A stretch of 64,000 bases of DNA from Anaerolineae bacterium (GCA_046753445.1 JBHHTQ010000002.1:19555-83554), one strand, 5' to 3'. Counted from the stretch's first letter, positions 1 through 9,444 are shown. The notes: a model not told the origin generated them from the letters alone. Numbers and translations: made by a program.

Positions 1-386
1 TAATGCGTGCCGGGTGGCCAAGCTTGTCGGCGTGGCTGCGGCCGCCGGTGAGGATGGCTGCGGGGCGTCCAATTCACGGCCGCCCTTGACTGCGCCTATG
101 ATGAATACCATGAAAAGGAGCAGCAGCAGCGTGCCCACACAACTGATGCCGTCCACACTTTCTTTATGATTGGTTGGGACATTGCCCTGATAATCGTCGT
201 TCATACGATTTGGAGGATAGCTGAGGGGCAGAAACACGTCAAGATGGGGCGCAGCCCGGCCGACGGCCGTGAGGCAGTTTGTTCAGCCTTCCTGATGCGT
301 TGTGATATACTGCGTGCCGCAACCAACAGTCCGATGGCGTGTTGTCTTTAGTGACATGCCAGCGACTTTCTTGAGGAAGCTTAACT

Positions 387-986
387 TTGAATTCTGGCAT
401 GGACGAGTCCGCCCTCATCGAGCGGGCAAAAACAGACAAAGAAGCGTTTGGCGAGCTGTACGAACGGTACGTCGATCGGATTTACAGCTACGTATACTAT
501 CGCACCGGCAATGTCGCTGATGCGGAAGATTTAACAGCGCGTATTTTCTTTCGGGCGATGCAGCACATCGGCAACTACAAGGACCAGGGTGTCCCTTTTT
601 CTGCCTGGCTTTACCGCATCGCTCATAATCTTGTTGCCAATTGGCACCGGGATCGCAGCCGGCGCAAGATCATCTCTCTTGATGATATTGGCCAATGGCA
701 GGTAAACGAAAACGGCCCGGAGTTGGCGGCGCAACTGATGGAGAATCAGGAAGCGCTCCTACAAGCGATTCGCCGTTTGCCAGCCGACCGGCAAGAGCTG
801 CTCATCCTGAAGTTTGTGGAACGGCTTTCCAACGCGGAAATTGGGGACATCATGGGGCGCAGTGAGGGCGCGATTAAGTCACTGTACCATCGAACGTTGC
901 TGGCACTGCGGGAAGAGCTGCGCGGGCAAGGCACAGAAACCCCGGCGAGACCGCGAACGATTTTCAGGAGACGTTCACGGAGGTGA
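387..986 (+). CDS. ECF-type RNA polymerase sigma-70 factor
   Basis: 199-aa ORF. Sigma region 2 (LYERYVDRIYSYVYYRTGNVADAEDLTARIFFRA, WLYRIAHN) and region 4 HTH (LSNAEIGDIMGRSEGAIKSLYHRTL). GAGGAA lies 8 nt upstream of TTG 387; alternative ATG at 399. Confidence 0.9.
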   Translation: MNSGMDESALIERAKTDKEAFGELYERYVDRIYSYVYYRTGNVADAEDLTARIFFRAMQHIGNYKDQGVPFSAWLYRIAHNLVANWHRDRSRRKIISLDDIGQWQVNENGPELAAQLMENQEALLQAIRRLPADRQELLILKFVERLSNAEIGDIMGRSEGAIKSLYHRTLLALREELRGQGTETPARPRTIFRRRSRR

Positions 987-1027
987 ATGGAGAGCCATAA
1001 CCTGTTTTTAGAGTGAATCGGAGGAAT

Positions 1028-1882
1028 ATGATGTCAAAGGCCAAAGTCGCCGTTGTCGTAGACAGCACCGCCTATATCCCGTCAGACCTTGTGTCCCAAT
1101 ACAACTTGCATGTCATCCCCCAGATTTTGAACTGGGAGGGGGAGAGCTTGAAGGACGAGATTGATATTTCGGCCAGCGAATTCTACGAGCGCTTGAAGAC
1201 GGCGAAAGAGATGCCGACAACCTCTCAGCCGTCTGCGGGAGAATTTTACGAGTTCTTTTCCAAGGTGGCGGAAACGGCCGATTCCATTGTTGCGGTTCTC
1301 ATCTCCAAGCCGTTGAGTGGTACACAAGCTTCGGCGCACACGGCCGCTGAGATGATGTCGGATTACCCCATCGAGATCGTTGATTCCCGCTCCACGGCGA
1401 TGGGATTAGGGTTCATGGCTCTGGCGGCGGCGCGCGCCGTTGAAAATGGGGCGGATTACAAGCAGGCGGCCGAAACGGCTCGCGCCCTTGTGCCCAAGAT
1501 GCGCCTTATCTTTGTGGTAGACACTTTGGAGTTCCTCCACCGGGGCGGCCGTATCGGGGGAGCTAAACGCCTGGTGGGGTCTATGCTTTCTGTCAAGCCG
1601 GTGCTTCATTTGCATGACGGCCGCATTGAGCCGCTGGCCTCGGTGCGGACCAAGCGGAAAGCGATCCAGCATATGCTGAGCGTCATGGAAGAGGGAATGC
1701 AGGGAAAATCCAATGTGCATGCGGCCGTAATTCATGCGCTGGCCGCAACAGATGCGGGGAGTGTTTGCGATGAAGTCCGTCAACGGCTGAACCCGGCTGA
1801 ACTCCTAATGGCTGAAATGAGCCCGGTGGTGGGCGCCCATGTCGGCCCTGGCACAGTGGGTATTGTGTATTATGGTGTGTGA
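1028..1882 (+). CDS. DegV family fatty-acid-binding protein
   Basis: KVAVVVDSTAYIP...TSQPSAGEF...FLHRGGRIG is the typical DegV pattern. GGAGG precedes ATG 1028; the ORF track starts at GTG 1013. Confidence 0.88.
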   Translation: MMSKAKVAVVVDSTAYIPSDLVSQYNLHVIPQILNWEGESLKDEIDISASEFYERLKTAKEMPTTSQPSAGEFYEFFSKVAETADSIVAVLISKPLSGTQASAHTAAEMMSDYPIEIVDSRSTAMGLGFMALAAARAVENGADYKQAAETARALVPKMRLIFVVDTLEFLHRGGRIGGAKRLVGSMLSVKPVLHLHDGRIEPLASVRTKRKAIQHMLSVMEEGMQGKSNVHAAVIHALAATDAGSVCDEVRQRLNPAELLMAEMSPVVGAHVGPGTVGIVYYGV

Positions 1883-2274
1883 TGAAGAACAGGGAGTTAC
1901 GCAACTTGTTAGCAGCACATGCGGACGCCTTGAACGCCGGCGCGGATGGAGAAGCGTTTGATTCCGCGGCCTGGGTGGCCAGGAATTATCCGTCCGAGGC
2001 GGGGCGCTTTCTCTCTTTGCTGCTGCTGGCCCATGCAATTAAGCGCGTATTGGCGCCGGTCGCGCCGCCGCTGCTCTTTAAGTCTGAATTACGGCACCGG
2101 CTGGAGAATTATGCCCCGACGGTGGAGGTAGAGTTACGGCCTGCCCGGCGCATGGTCTGGCTGGGGGCGGCCGTCATCGGCTCGGCGCTGTCGCTGGCCG
2201 GGTTGATTCTGTGGCTGCTGCGTCGTGTCAGGCTGGGGCAGGGCAAAACGCGGCCGTTGACGACGGCCGTGTAG
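1879..2274 (+). CDS. hypothetical protein with C-terminal transmembrane anchor
   Basis: 131-aa ORF overlapping the degV stop by 4 nt (GTGATGA). One C-terminal hydrophobic helix (VWLGAAVIGSALSLAGLILWLL). No recognisable domain. Confidence 0.5.
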   Translation: MMKNRELRNLLAAHADALNAGADGEAFDSAAWVARNYPSEAGRFLSLLLLAHAIKRVLAPVAPPLLFKSELRHRLENYAPTVEVELRPARRMVWLGAAVIGSALSLAGLILWLLRRVRLGQGKTRPLTTAV

Positions 2275-2335
2275 CGGCTTGTGCGGCCGGCCAGCCATTT
2301 ATTTGAACCGTCATATTGGCGCGGCCGTTCCCGTA

Positions 2336-2363
2336 TTGCCCAATGGTCAGATTGTGCTAGAAT
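2336..2363 (+). promoter_or_regulatory. candidate sigma-70 promoter with extended -10
   Basis: TTGCCC, 16-nt spacer, then TG-c-TAGAAT (2355-2363), about 200 nt upstream of the 2568 ORF. Confidence 0.4.
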
Positions 2364-2567
2364 TTCGGGCCGAATTCGTAGTGGGTGAATGGCGGCCCAT
2401 GTTGAACGACAAACGGCACCAACGCGCATCTTAAAATGCCTCTCGGCCGCCAATCCCGTAGCGCTTTTAGAAACCAGTCGAATCTGTACGATGTCAGAGC
2501 AAGACGGCGTGCTTGTTGATAATTGTCTGCATTGGCCAGGCTCGCAGAAGAGTGAGGAGAAGCCCTC

Positions 2568-3296
2568 TTGAGCAACAGGGAATCATGGAAAAATGGGGCC
2601 ATTATCGTTGCCCTGCTGGTAGGCACCAGTCTGGTGGCGGCGATATGGCCGGTACTGACGTCGTGGTTTGGCGGCGCCCCGGCTGCCCCGCCTGAACCGC
2701 AGATAATTACGTTGGTTTTGCCCCAAGTAGGAGAAGTGTCGCTGACTATGTTGCAGGCGCTTGGCGTGCTGGCGGCCGTCGTCGCTGTAGTCGTGGTGGT
2801 GGCCGGTTTAGGATTGGCGCTGCTCTACACGCTTCTGGCAAACCAGGCGGCTGCGCTTGAAGAAGATGAATCGTTTCAGGTGCGCCGGGCGGCTTTGGCC
2901 AAATTGGACAAGAAACAGCTTGAAGCGCTGCGCAACGGCCGCACCATCGCCGGAGTGCCGGAACACAAGATGCCGCGTTGGTCCGTCATCAGCACAGGGC
3001 TGATTGCTGTGCTGTTTGCCGTGTTCTTCGGCATGTTGGTGGATAGCGCGTTGGTTCCGCAGGGTGAGTATATGGTTGGCGGCCGGCTGGTGAACTCGGC
3101 CGTGCCCATCGTCGTCGGCTTCGTCGCCGTCACGCTCCTCATTCTCGCCTGGTGGCTGCGCCCCCAAAGCCTGGACGCTGTGGAAGAAACTGACAACGGT
3201 CCCATCCCCTGGGATTTCATCTGGGTTTTGCTGACCGGGCTGCTCGTTGTCGGATTAGGCGTCGGCTTCATGGTTTACCTGAATACCCCATCCTGA
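2568..3296 (+). CDS. hypothetical polytopic membrane protein
   Basis: 242-aa ORF with TTG start and GAGGAG 9 nt upstream. Several long hydrophobic helices. No recognisable family. Confidence 0.55.
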   Translation: MSNRESWKNGAIIVALLVGTSLVAAIWPVLTSWFGGAPAAPPEPQIITLVLPQVGEVSLTMLQALGVLAAVVAVVVVVAGLGLALLYTLLANQAAALEEDESFQVRRAALAKLDKKQLEALRNGRTIAGVPEHKMPRWSVISTGLIAVLFAVFFGMLVDSALVPQGEYMVGGRLVNSAVPIVVGFVAVTLLILAWWLRPQSLDAVEETDNGPIPWDFIWVLLTGLLVVGLGVGFMVYLNTPS

Positions 3297-3508
3297 TGCG
3301 GGCGCTCCTGACGCGTGCGGGGGAGCGTCCGGTCATTGTGCCACATCATAGTTTTGTCGCAGGCTGTGCGGTAAAACGCAAGAATGTAGCACGCGATGAA
3401 CGGATCGAGAAGGTCGAGAAAATCTAATTTCATGATTTAGTACACCGTAAACAAACCATTTGTTTTATTGCAAAAAATCCATCTTCACGGTGTATTTAGG
3501 GAACAGTT

Positions 3509-4591
3509 ATGAGAAACCGAAAGCATTTGATTGCTGTGACGCTGATTTTTGTGGTCGTGGCGGCGCTGCTGTTTGTTGTGTTAAGCAACCTCTACCAGCT
3601 TCCAGTAGCTGCCAGCGCCCAGGCTGGGCCGATTGATACCATGTTCCGTGCCCATTTCATTGTCATTTCCGTTCTTTTTTCATTGATCATGGTGTTTGTG
3701 CTTTATTCCGTCGTCGTGTTCCGCCGCAAGCCGGGAGACGAAGAAGACGGCCCCCATGTGCACGGGCATACCGGCCTGGAAGTCTCCTGGACGGTTTTGC
3801 CGGTAATCCTGGTCATTAGTTTTGGCATATGGGGTACAACGACGCTGAATGACCTGGTACGGCCGGACCCGAAAGAGAAAGTGGTCAAGGTGTTTGGCCA
3901 GCAATGGTCGTGGAGCTTTGAATATCCCGATCATGACAGCCTGGCATCGGCCGAATTGGTGCTGCCTGTGAACCAGCCGATCTTGCTCCAGATGGAAGCG
4001 CGTGACGTGCTCCACTCTTTTTGGGTGCCTGAATTCCGCGTCAAGCAAGACCTGGTGCCGGGCCGGGTGACACAGCTTCGGATTACGCCGACCAAGGTAG
4101 GGACGTACAAGGTGAGATGCGCCGAAATTTGCGGCCGTGATCATGCGACGATGCTCGCTGATGTGCGCGTGCTGTCGCAGTCGGATTTCGATGCCTGGGT
4201 GGCGGAACGTACGCAGGTGACAGCCTATGGCGAGCTGACGCCGGAAGAGCGGGGCCAGATTTGGTATAGCTCTCCCGAAGGGGGCTTCGCCATTTGCTCC
4301 GCCTGCCATACTGTGGACGGCTCTGTGGGCGCCGGCCCGACTTGGCTTGGTTTATACGGCCGTGAAGAACAACTGGCAGACGGTACGACCGTGGTCATTG
4401 ACGAGGAATACATCCGGCAGTCCATCCTTGACCCCAATGCCCAAATCGTGTCCGGATTTAATCCTAATATCATGCCGCAAGATTACGAAGCCAAGATTGT
4501 TGAAAAGCAGGAGCAAATCCTGGCCGAGCAAGGCGTAGAGATTGACATCATTGCGGACATCATTGCCTACATAAAGACTTTAGAAGAGTAA
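3509..4591 (+). CDS. ctaC: cytochrome c oxidase subunit II with fused C-terminal cytochrome c domain (caa3 type)
   Basis: CuA motif HSFWVPEF...CAEICGRDHATM. C-terminal heme-c site CSACH with a downstream NIMPQ Met ligand. Two N-terminal TM helices. Confidence 0.95.
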   Translation: MRNRKHLIAVTLIFVVVAALLFVVLSNLYQLPVAASAQAGPIDTMFRAHFIVISVLFSLIMVFVLYSVVVFRRKPGDEEDGPHVHGHTGLEVSWTVLPVILVISFGIWGTTTLNDLVRPDPKEKVVKVFGQQWSWSFEYPDHDSLASAELVLPVNQPILLQMEARDVLHSFWVPEFRVKQDLVPGRVTQLRITPTKVGTYKVRCAEICGRDHATMLADVRVLSQSDFDAWVAERTQVTAYGELTPEERGQIWYSSPEGGFAICSACHTVDGSVGAGPTWLGLYGREEQLADGTTVVIDEEYIRQSILDPNAQIVSGFNPNIMPQDYEAKIVEKQEQILAEQGVEIDIIADIIAYIKTLEE

Positions 4592-4656
4592 ATTATCTTG
4601 ATGGACTCGCTGGCGTGTGCGGCATCGCTGACAAAACGCCAGGGCGGAGAACGTGT

Positions 4657-6528
4657 ATGAAAACTTTACGAATTTGGCTTATTTCAAGCTATGTGCGCGG
4701 CCTGATTGGTCAGGCGATTGGCACAGCCTTGGGCATCGGCTTTATCGCCGGCATTCGATCCCTCATGGGGTTAGAAACTTCCATCGAACCCGGTGTTGTG
4801 TTTGGTGGGTTGGTGGGCGTAATCGGCTTTCTCCTCGGCGCAGGGGTGCTCACCGACTGGATCAAGTGGATTTTCGGCAAAGAAACTCCTTTGCGCCACG
4901 GCGCGCGTCCGGGGCAGCCTGAATGGTCGCGCTACATCAATGTGGACGTCAATCATAAGGTGATTGGCATTCAATACGGATTCACCAGCCTTTTCGTGCT
5001 CCTCGTAGGTGGCCTCTTTGCTATTTTATTCCGATTGGAACTGGCCATGCCTGGTATTCAACTGTTCACCGGCCAGAACGGCAACAGTACTTACAATACG
5101 CTGTTCAGCGCCCACGGGATTGTGATGATCGCCAGTATTCTCCTGGGAGTCGGAGCGATGGTGAACTACCTGGTACCATTGATGATTGGGGCGCCGGATA
5201 TGGCTTTTCCCCGCCTCAATGCGTTTAGCTACTGGGTGGGTATCCCGGCGGTCGTGCTGATCCTGGGGGGGATGGTCGTCGGTGGTTGGGACACCGGCTG
5301 GGTCGCATATCCTCCCTTGAGCTTGCGTGCTCCGTTGGGCGTTCAGCTTTTCCTGCTGGGGTTTTATGTCAACGGCCTCTCTTCCATCGCCGGTTCCATC
5401 AACCTGCTGGTGACAGTGGCCACGATGCGGGCGAAGGGCATGACTCTGTTCCGTATGCCGATCTTTGTCTGGGGCGCGATAGCCGCCTCCATTATTCAGT
5501 TCACGGCTACGCAAACTGTGGGTATGGCGCTGCTCATGGTGGTAGCTGAACGCAGCATCGGATTGAATTTCTTCAACCCGGCCGGCGGCGGCAACCCGAT
5601 CTTGTACCAGCATCTTTTCTGGTTCTACTCCCACCCGGTGGTGTATGTGTTCATCTTGCCCGGCCTCGGCGTGATCAGCGAGCTGCTGCCTGTCTTCTCG
5701 CGCAAGCCATTGTTCGGCTATAAGTGGATTGCGCTGTCCAGCCTGGGTATTGCGCTGGTCGGGTTCCTGGTTTGGGCGCACCATATGTTTACTTCCGGCA
5801 TGCCGGAGGCATTGCGCGTTCCCTTCATGGTTTCCACGCTGTTTGTGGCGGTACCGACCGGAGTGAAATTCTTTAGTTGGGTAGCCACGATTTGGGAAGG
5901 TAAGCTGTCGTTTGAGACGCCCATGTTGTTTGTTCTGGGTGCAATCTCAGTTTTCCTGATCGGCGGCGTCACCGGGCCGATCCTGGGCACGGTCCCCACT
6001 GACTTGCACCTTCACGACAGTTATTGGATCGTGGGTCATTTCCACGCGACAATGTTTGGCGGATTTGTTTTCCCCTTCTTTGCCGCCATCTATTATTGGT
6101 ATCCAAAGGTCACCGGCCGCATGTACAAGGAGTCGTTGGGTAAGCTGCACTTCTGGCTGATGACGCCGGGCTTTTGGCTGATGAGTTTGAGCCAGATGCG
6201 GGCGGGCATCATGGGGATGCGGCGGCGGATCGTTGATTATGACCCGGCGCTGGGTGTCCAGAACCTACAAATTTTAATCACCATTGCCGGATTGGTCATT
6301 GGCTGGTCTGTGTTAATCATGGTCTACAATCTGATCAGCAGCGCCCGGCAGAAGGAAGCGGCCGATCCCAATCCATGGCGGTCCCGTTCGCCTGAATGGC
6401 AGATCCCTTCCCCCGTGCCTGAATTTAATTATGATGTGCCGTTTGAGGTGGTTGGCGATCCATATGATTACGGATTGGATGATGCTGAGTACATCAGGAT
6501 GATGCCGGCTCCGGCGGCCGGCGATTAG
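4657..6528 (+). CDS. ctaD: cytochrome c oxidase subunit I
   Basis: NHKVIGIQY, WFYSHPVVYVFILPG, HHMFTSG and GHFHATMFGG heme/CuB ligand motifs. GGCGGAGA RBS before ATG 4657; the ORF track starts at 4615. Confidence 0.95.
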   Translation: MKTLRIWLISSYVRGLIGQAIGTALGIGFIAGIRSLMGLETSIEPGVVFGGLVGVIGFLLGAGVLTDWIKWIFGKETPLRHGARPGQPEWSRYINVDVNHKVIGIQYGFTSLFVLLVGGLFAILFRLELAMPGIQLFTGQNGNSTYNTLFSAHGIVMIASILLGVGAMVNYLVPLMIGAPDMAFPRLNAFSYWVGIPAVVLILGGMVVGGWDTGWVAYPPLSLRAPLGVQLFLLGFYVNGLSSIAGSINLLVTVATMRAKGMTLFRMPIFVWGAIAASIIQFTATQTVGMALLMVVAERSIGLNFFNPAGGGNPILYQHLFWFYSHPVVYVFILPGLGVISELLPVFSRKPLFGYKWIALSSLGIALVGFLVWAHHMFTSGMPEALRVPFMVSTLFVAVPTGVKFFSWVATIWEGKLSFETPMLFVLGAISVFLIGGVTGPILGTVPTDLHLHDSYWIVGHFHATMFGGFVFPFFAAIYYWYPKVTGRMYKESLGKLHFWLMTPGFWLMSLSQMRAGIMGMRRRIVDYDPALGVQNLQILITIAGLVIGWSVLIMVYNLISSARQKEAADPNPWRSRSPEWQIPSPVPEFNYDVPFEVVGDPYDYGLDDAEYIRMMPAPAAGD

Positions 6529-6542
6529 CGGAGAGATACAGC

Positions 6543-6746
6543 GTGAATGAGAAACGAGCGGCGGCGTACCGCCAGGGTGTGATTACGTTGGTGATTCTGG
6601 CTGTGCTGACGGCCGTCGAATATTGGATCGGCATCAGCATCGGGAATCCGACGGTCTGGTTGATTATTATTGCTTTGCTGAAAGCGGCCGCGATCGCGCA
6701 GAGTTTCATGCACATCGCCCGTTTATGGAGTGAGGAGAGTCACTGA
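6543..6746 (+). CDS. ctaF: caa3-type cytochrome c oxidase subunit IV (small two-TM subunit)
   Basis: 67-aa two-helix ORF wedged between subunits I and III. GGAGAG RBS before the GTG start; its stop abuts the ATG of subunit III. Confidence 0.7.
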   Translation: MNEKRAAAYRQGVITLVILAVLTAVEYWIGISIGNPTVWLIIIALLKAAAIAQSFMHIARLWSEESH

Positions 6747-7382
6747 ATGAGTAGCGTTGCCACTGCCCATCACGATGACGCCCACAGTCACCAACTCCCG
6801 TACGCTGTTCAACTGAGAGCGAACCGTCTGGGGCTGTGGTTGTTTTGCTTTTCTGAAATATTTTTATTTGCGGCGCTGTTAATGGCCCGCTTCTTCCTGT
6901 GGGGCAACACCCGGCCGGATTTGAGCCAGGTGTTGGGCCTCGTGGCCACCAGCGTGTTGTTAGCCAGCAGCTTTTTTGTGAACCGGGCTGAATCGGCCGT
7001 GGCTCACGATGACCGGAACACCTTCCTCAACGGCATGTTGATCGCCGCCTTCCTGGGCACGCTGTTCTTTGTGAGCGTAGTGGTTATGGAATGGAATGTC
7101 TTTGGCCTGGAAGGGTCGCTGTTCGGGGTGGAGTTGTTTGGCCATCTGAAGCCGACCGACGGCATATTTGGCGCCGTTTTCTTTGCGATGACAGGCATGC
7201 ACGCACTGCATGTGTTGAGCGGCATCATTTTCATCCTGATCGTATGGGCCAACGGCCGTAAAGGGCATTATTCGGCCGAAAAGCATTGGGGAGTCGAAGC
7301 CTGCGCGATATACTGGCACTACGTGGACGTGGTGTGGGTGTTCTTCTACCCTGCACTTTACCTGATTGGCAAAGCGGTTTAA
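6747..7382 (+). CDS. ctaE: cytochrome c oxidase subunit III
   Basis: 211 aa, multi-TM, conserved C-terminal AIYWHYVDVVWVFFYPALY motif. Confidence 0.9.
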   Translation: MSSVATAHHDDAHSHQLPYAVQLRANRLGLWLFCFSEIFLFAALLMARFFLWGNTRPDLSQVLGLVATSVLLASSFFVNRAESAVAHDDRNTFLNGMLIAAFLGTLFFVSVVVMEWNVFGLEGSLFGVELFGHLKPTDGIFGAVFFAMTGMHALHVLSGIIFILIVWANGRKGHYSAEKHWGVEACAIYWHYVDVVWVFFYPALYLIGKAV

Positions 7383-7444
7383 GGGCGAGAATTATCATCC
7401 CTGGGTTGTGCATTCATCACTTGGGTCATGGCGGAATTGTAGTT

Positions 7445-7512
7445 GAGTAATTGGCAACCGGTAATTACCCAATTACCTAATCACCCAATTACTCTATCCC
7501 GGCAAATTACCA
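7445..7512. repeat. short tandem 7-8-nt array (AATTACC family), partly palindromic
   Basis: GAGTAATTGG-CAACC-GGTAATTACC CAATTACC TAATCACC CAATTACT ... AAATTACC, in the spacer after ctaE. Confidence 0.8.
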
Positions 7513-7570
7513 AGTTAAGTTTGCACAAACCTTCGGCAGTACCTATTCATTCGCAGGCGGTTAGTAAGAG

Positions 7571-8515
7571 ATGGATCCTGTCCTGAAAGCGGCCCTGCTG
7601 TCTTGGGGGTGGCGGGCAGATGTGATTGTACTCCTGGCAGTGGCCGGGACTCTTTATTCTATGGGGTGGCGGCGGCTGCGGCGGCGCATCCGGCAGCGCC
7701 CAGGCGCTCTGCCTTCCGGCCGCTGGCAGCTCTCCTCCGCCTGGCGGCTGACTGCTTACCTGAGCGGCCTGCTTCTTACGGGCATCGCCCTCATGTCCCC
7801 GTTAGACACATTGGGCGCGGCCCTCTTCACATTTCACATGATCCAGCATTTGCTGCTGATCATGATCGCCCCTCCATTGCTCATGGTCGCCAACCCGATG
7901 CCCTTCATGCTGTGGGGACTTCCTGCCCCCTGGCGGCGCAAGGTAGGCCGGGCGCTGACACGCTTACTGAACAGCAAGGCCCCTTTCCGGCGAAATCTGC
8001 GCAAAGTCACCACACCGGGCATCATCTGGATGGCCTGGGTGGTCTCCTTGTTGGGATGGCACGATCCGAATGCGTACAATGCAGCCCTCCGCCATGAACT
8101 GGTGCATGATGTAGAACATCTCACCTTTTTCCTGGCGGGGATGTTGTTCTGGTGGCATGTCACCGGGGCCGGGCCGCGCATTCACAAACGCTTTGGACCG
8201 ATCGGCCGTATCGCCTTCCTGCTGTCAGCCATCCCTCCCAATATGCTCATTGGGGTGGCCATCGCCTTCGCCCGCGAACCAATCTACACTTACTATCTGG
8301 ATGCTCCGCGCCTTTGGGGGCTGACGGTGATGATGGATCAGCAGCTTGGGGGCGTGATCATGTGGGTGCCGGGCAGTATGATGTATATCATCGCTGCGCT
8401 GGTGTTGGCCGCGCGTCTGCTGGAGGGGGATGACCAGAAACCCGCGCTGCCGGAGCAGGAATGGGGGATGGATGAGGCGTTGTTGGCTCCCGGCCTTGAG
8501 GATAGGTCGAACTAA
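7571..8515 (+). CDS. ctaG: cytochrome c oxidase assembly factor CtaG (Bacillus caa3_CtaG type membrane protein)
   Basis: 314-aa polytopic protein with FHMIQHLLLIMIAPPLLMVANP and MWVPGSMMY motifs typical of the caa3 CtaG family. Sits directly after the cox structural genes. Confidence 0.85.
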   Translation: MDPVLKAALLSWGWRADVIVLLAVAGTLYSMGWRRLRRRIRQRPGALPSGRWQLSSAWRLTAYLSGLLLTGIALMSPLDTLGAALFTFHMIQHLLLIMIAPPLLMVANPMPFMLWGLPAPWRRKVGRALTRLLNSKAPFRRNLRKVTTPGIIWMAWVVSLLGWHDPNAYNAALRHELVHDVEHLTFFLAGMLFWWHVTGAGPRIHKRFGPIGRIAFLLSAIPPNMLIGVAIAFAREPIYTYYLDAPRLWGLTVMMDQQLGGVIMWVPGSMMYIIAALVLAARLLEGDDQKPALPEQEWGMDEALLAPGLEDRSN

Positions 8516-9321
8516 TGATGAAACGCGCGTGGTTGCTGTTGAAGTGCCTGTTCGGCCGCAAAAATTGGTGGGCCACGCTGGTGGTCATTCTCGGCATGGG
8601 CGTGTTGGCCCGGCTGGGCATCTGGCAGCTTGACCGGCTGGAGCAGCGGCGCGCTTTCAACGCTGCGCTGTTGCAGGTATTGGACGCCCCGCCGCTGTTG
8701 CTGAATGAAGACGCCTTACCGGTCGATGTGTCCGGCTTGAAGAACCGGAGCGCCACTGTGACCGGCCGGTTTGATTTCGAGCAGCAGATTGCTTTGAAGC
8801 TGCAAAACTGGCAGGGGCGGCCCGGCGTCCGTTTGATCGCGCCATTGGTGATTGACGGCCGGGAAGACACGGCCGTCCTGGTGGACCGGGGATGGATTCC
8901 TGAGGCGGAAGCCGATCCCGCCCGCTGGTCGCAGTATGAAGAACCCGGCGTCGTGACTGTGGAAGGGTACATTGCCCCCTCCCAAACCTTGCCCGGAGGG
9001 AGGACGGCCGAACCGACCCCGGTGGAACCCAAGTCGGAGTGGTTTCGCGTGGAAATCGAAGCGATTCAGCAGCAGATGCCTTACCAACTACTGCCGTTTT
9101 ACGTGGTGCAAACGCCTGCGGGGGAAGGGGATGTTCAGCTCCCGATTCGGAGTGCGCTGGAAGTGGATTTATCGGAAGGGCCGCATATGGGCTATGCGAT
9201 TCAATGGTTTCTCTTCAGCTTGACATTGGCCGTCGTCTACGTACTCTATGTGTATAAGCATGACGTGAAGGGAGCGGCGCAGGCAGCGGCGCAGGCAGCG
9301 GCGCAGATAGCGGAGGAATAG
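8515..9321 (+). CDS. SURF1 family cytochrome oxidase biogenesis protein
   Basis: N-terminal TM plus GIWQLDRLEQRRAFNA, VDRGWIP, GPHMGYAIQWF and a C-terminal TM. The start overlaps the ctaG stop (TAATG). Confidence 0.85.
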   Translation: MMKRAWLLLKCLFGRKNWWATLVVILGMGVLARLGIWQLDRLEQRRAFNAALLQVLDAPPLLLNEDALPVDVSGLKNRSATVTGRFDFEQQIALKLQNWQGRPGVRLIAPLVIDGREDTAVLVDRGWIPEAEADPARWSQYEEPGVVTVEGYIAPSQTLPGGRTAEPTPVEPKSEWFRVEIEAIQQQMPYQLLPFYVVQTPAGEGDVQLPIRSALEVDLSEGPHMGYAIQWFLFSLTLAVVYVLYVYKHDVKGAAQAAAQAAAQIAEE

Positions 9322-9328
9322 GTGACTG

Positions 9329-9386
9329 TCCGTAAGCCGTAAGCAGTGGCCCGTAACCCGTGACTCGTTGTCCGTATTCCGTGTTG
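9329..9386. repeat. heptamer tandem array (CCGTAAG/CCGTAAC/CCGTATT family)
   Basis: CCGTAAG CCGTAAG ... CCGTAAC CCGTGAC ... CCGTATT CCGTGTT, immediately after the SURF1 stop. Confidence 0.75.
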
Positions 9387-9444
9387 GGAACGGCCGCGCC
9401 TTTGGGGGCGGCTCATCGATTGCCGGCCGTTATTGAGAGAGCCA

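Noticed and set aside
1-156. Partial minus-strand ORF running off the left edge (VDGISCVGTLLLLLFMVFIIGAVKGGRELDAPQPSSPAAAATPTSLATRHAL...).
   Set aside because: Only about 52 codons are visible, with no RBS or domain evidence. It may be the N-terminus of a membrane protein but cannot be supported from this window.
5026-5784. Long antisense or out-of-frame ORFs opposite clearly identified genes (also 18281-19243, 26713-27552, 29336-30205, 33064-33636, 36964-38025, 41679-42383, 42851-43486).
   Set aside because: They lie entirely within strongly supported genes on the other strand or frame. They have Arg/Gly/Pro/His-rich low-complexity translations typical of GC-rich shadow ORFs, and no motifs.
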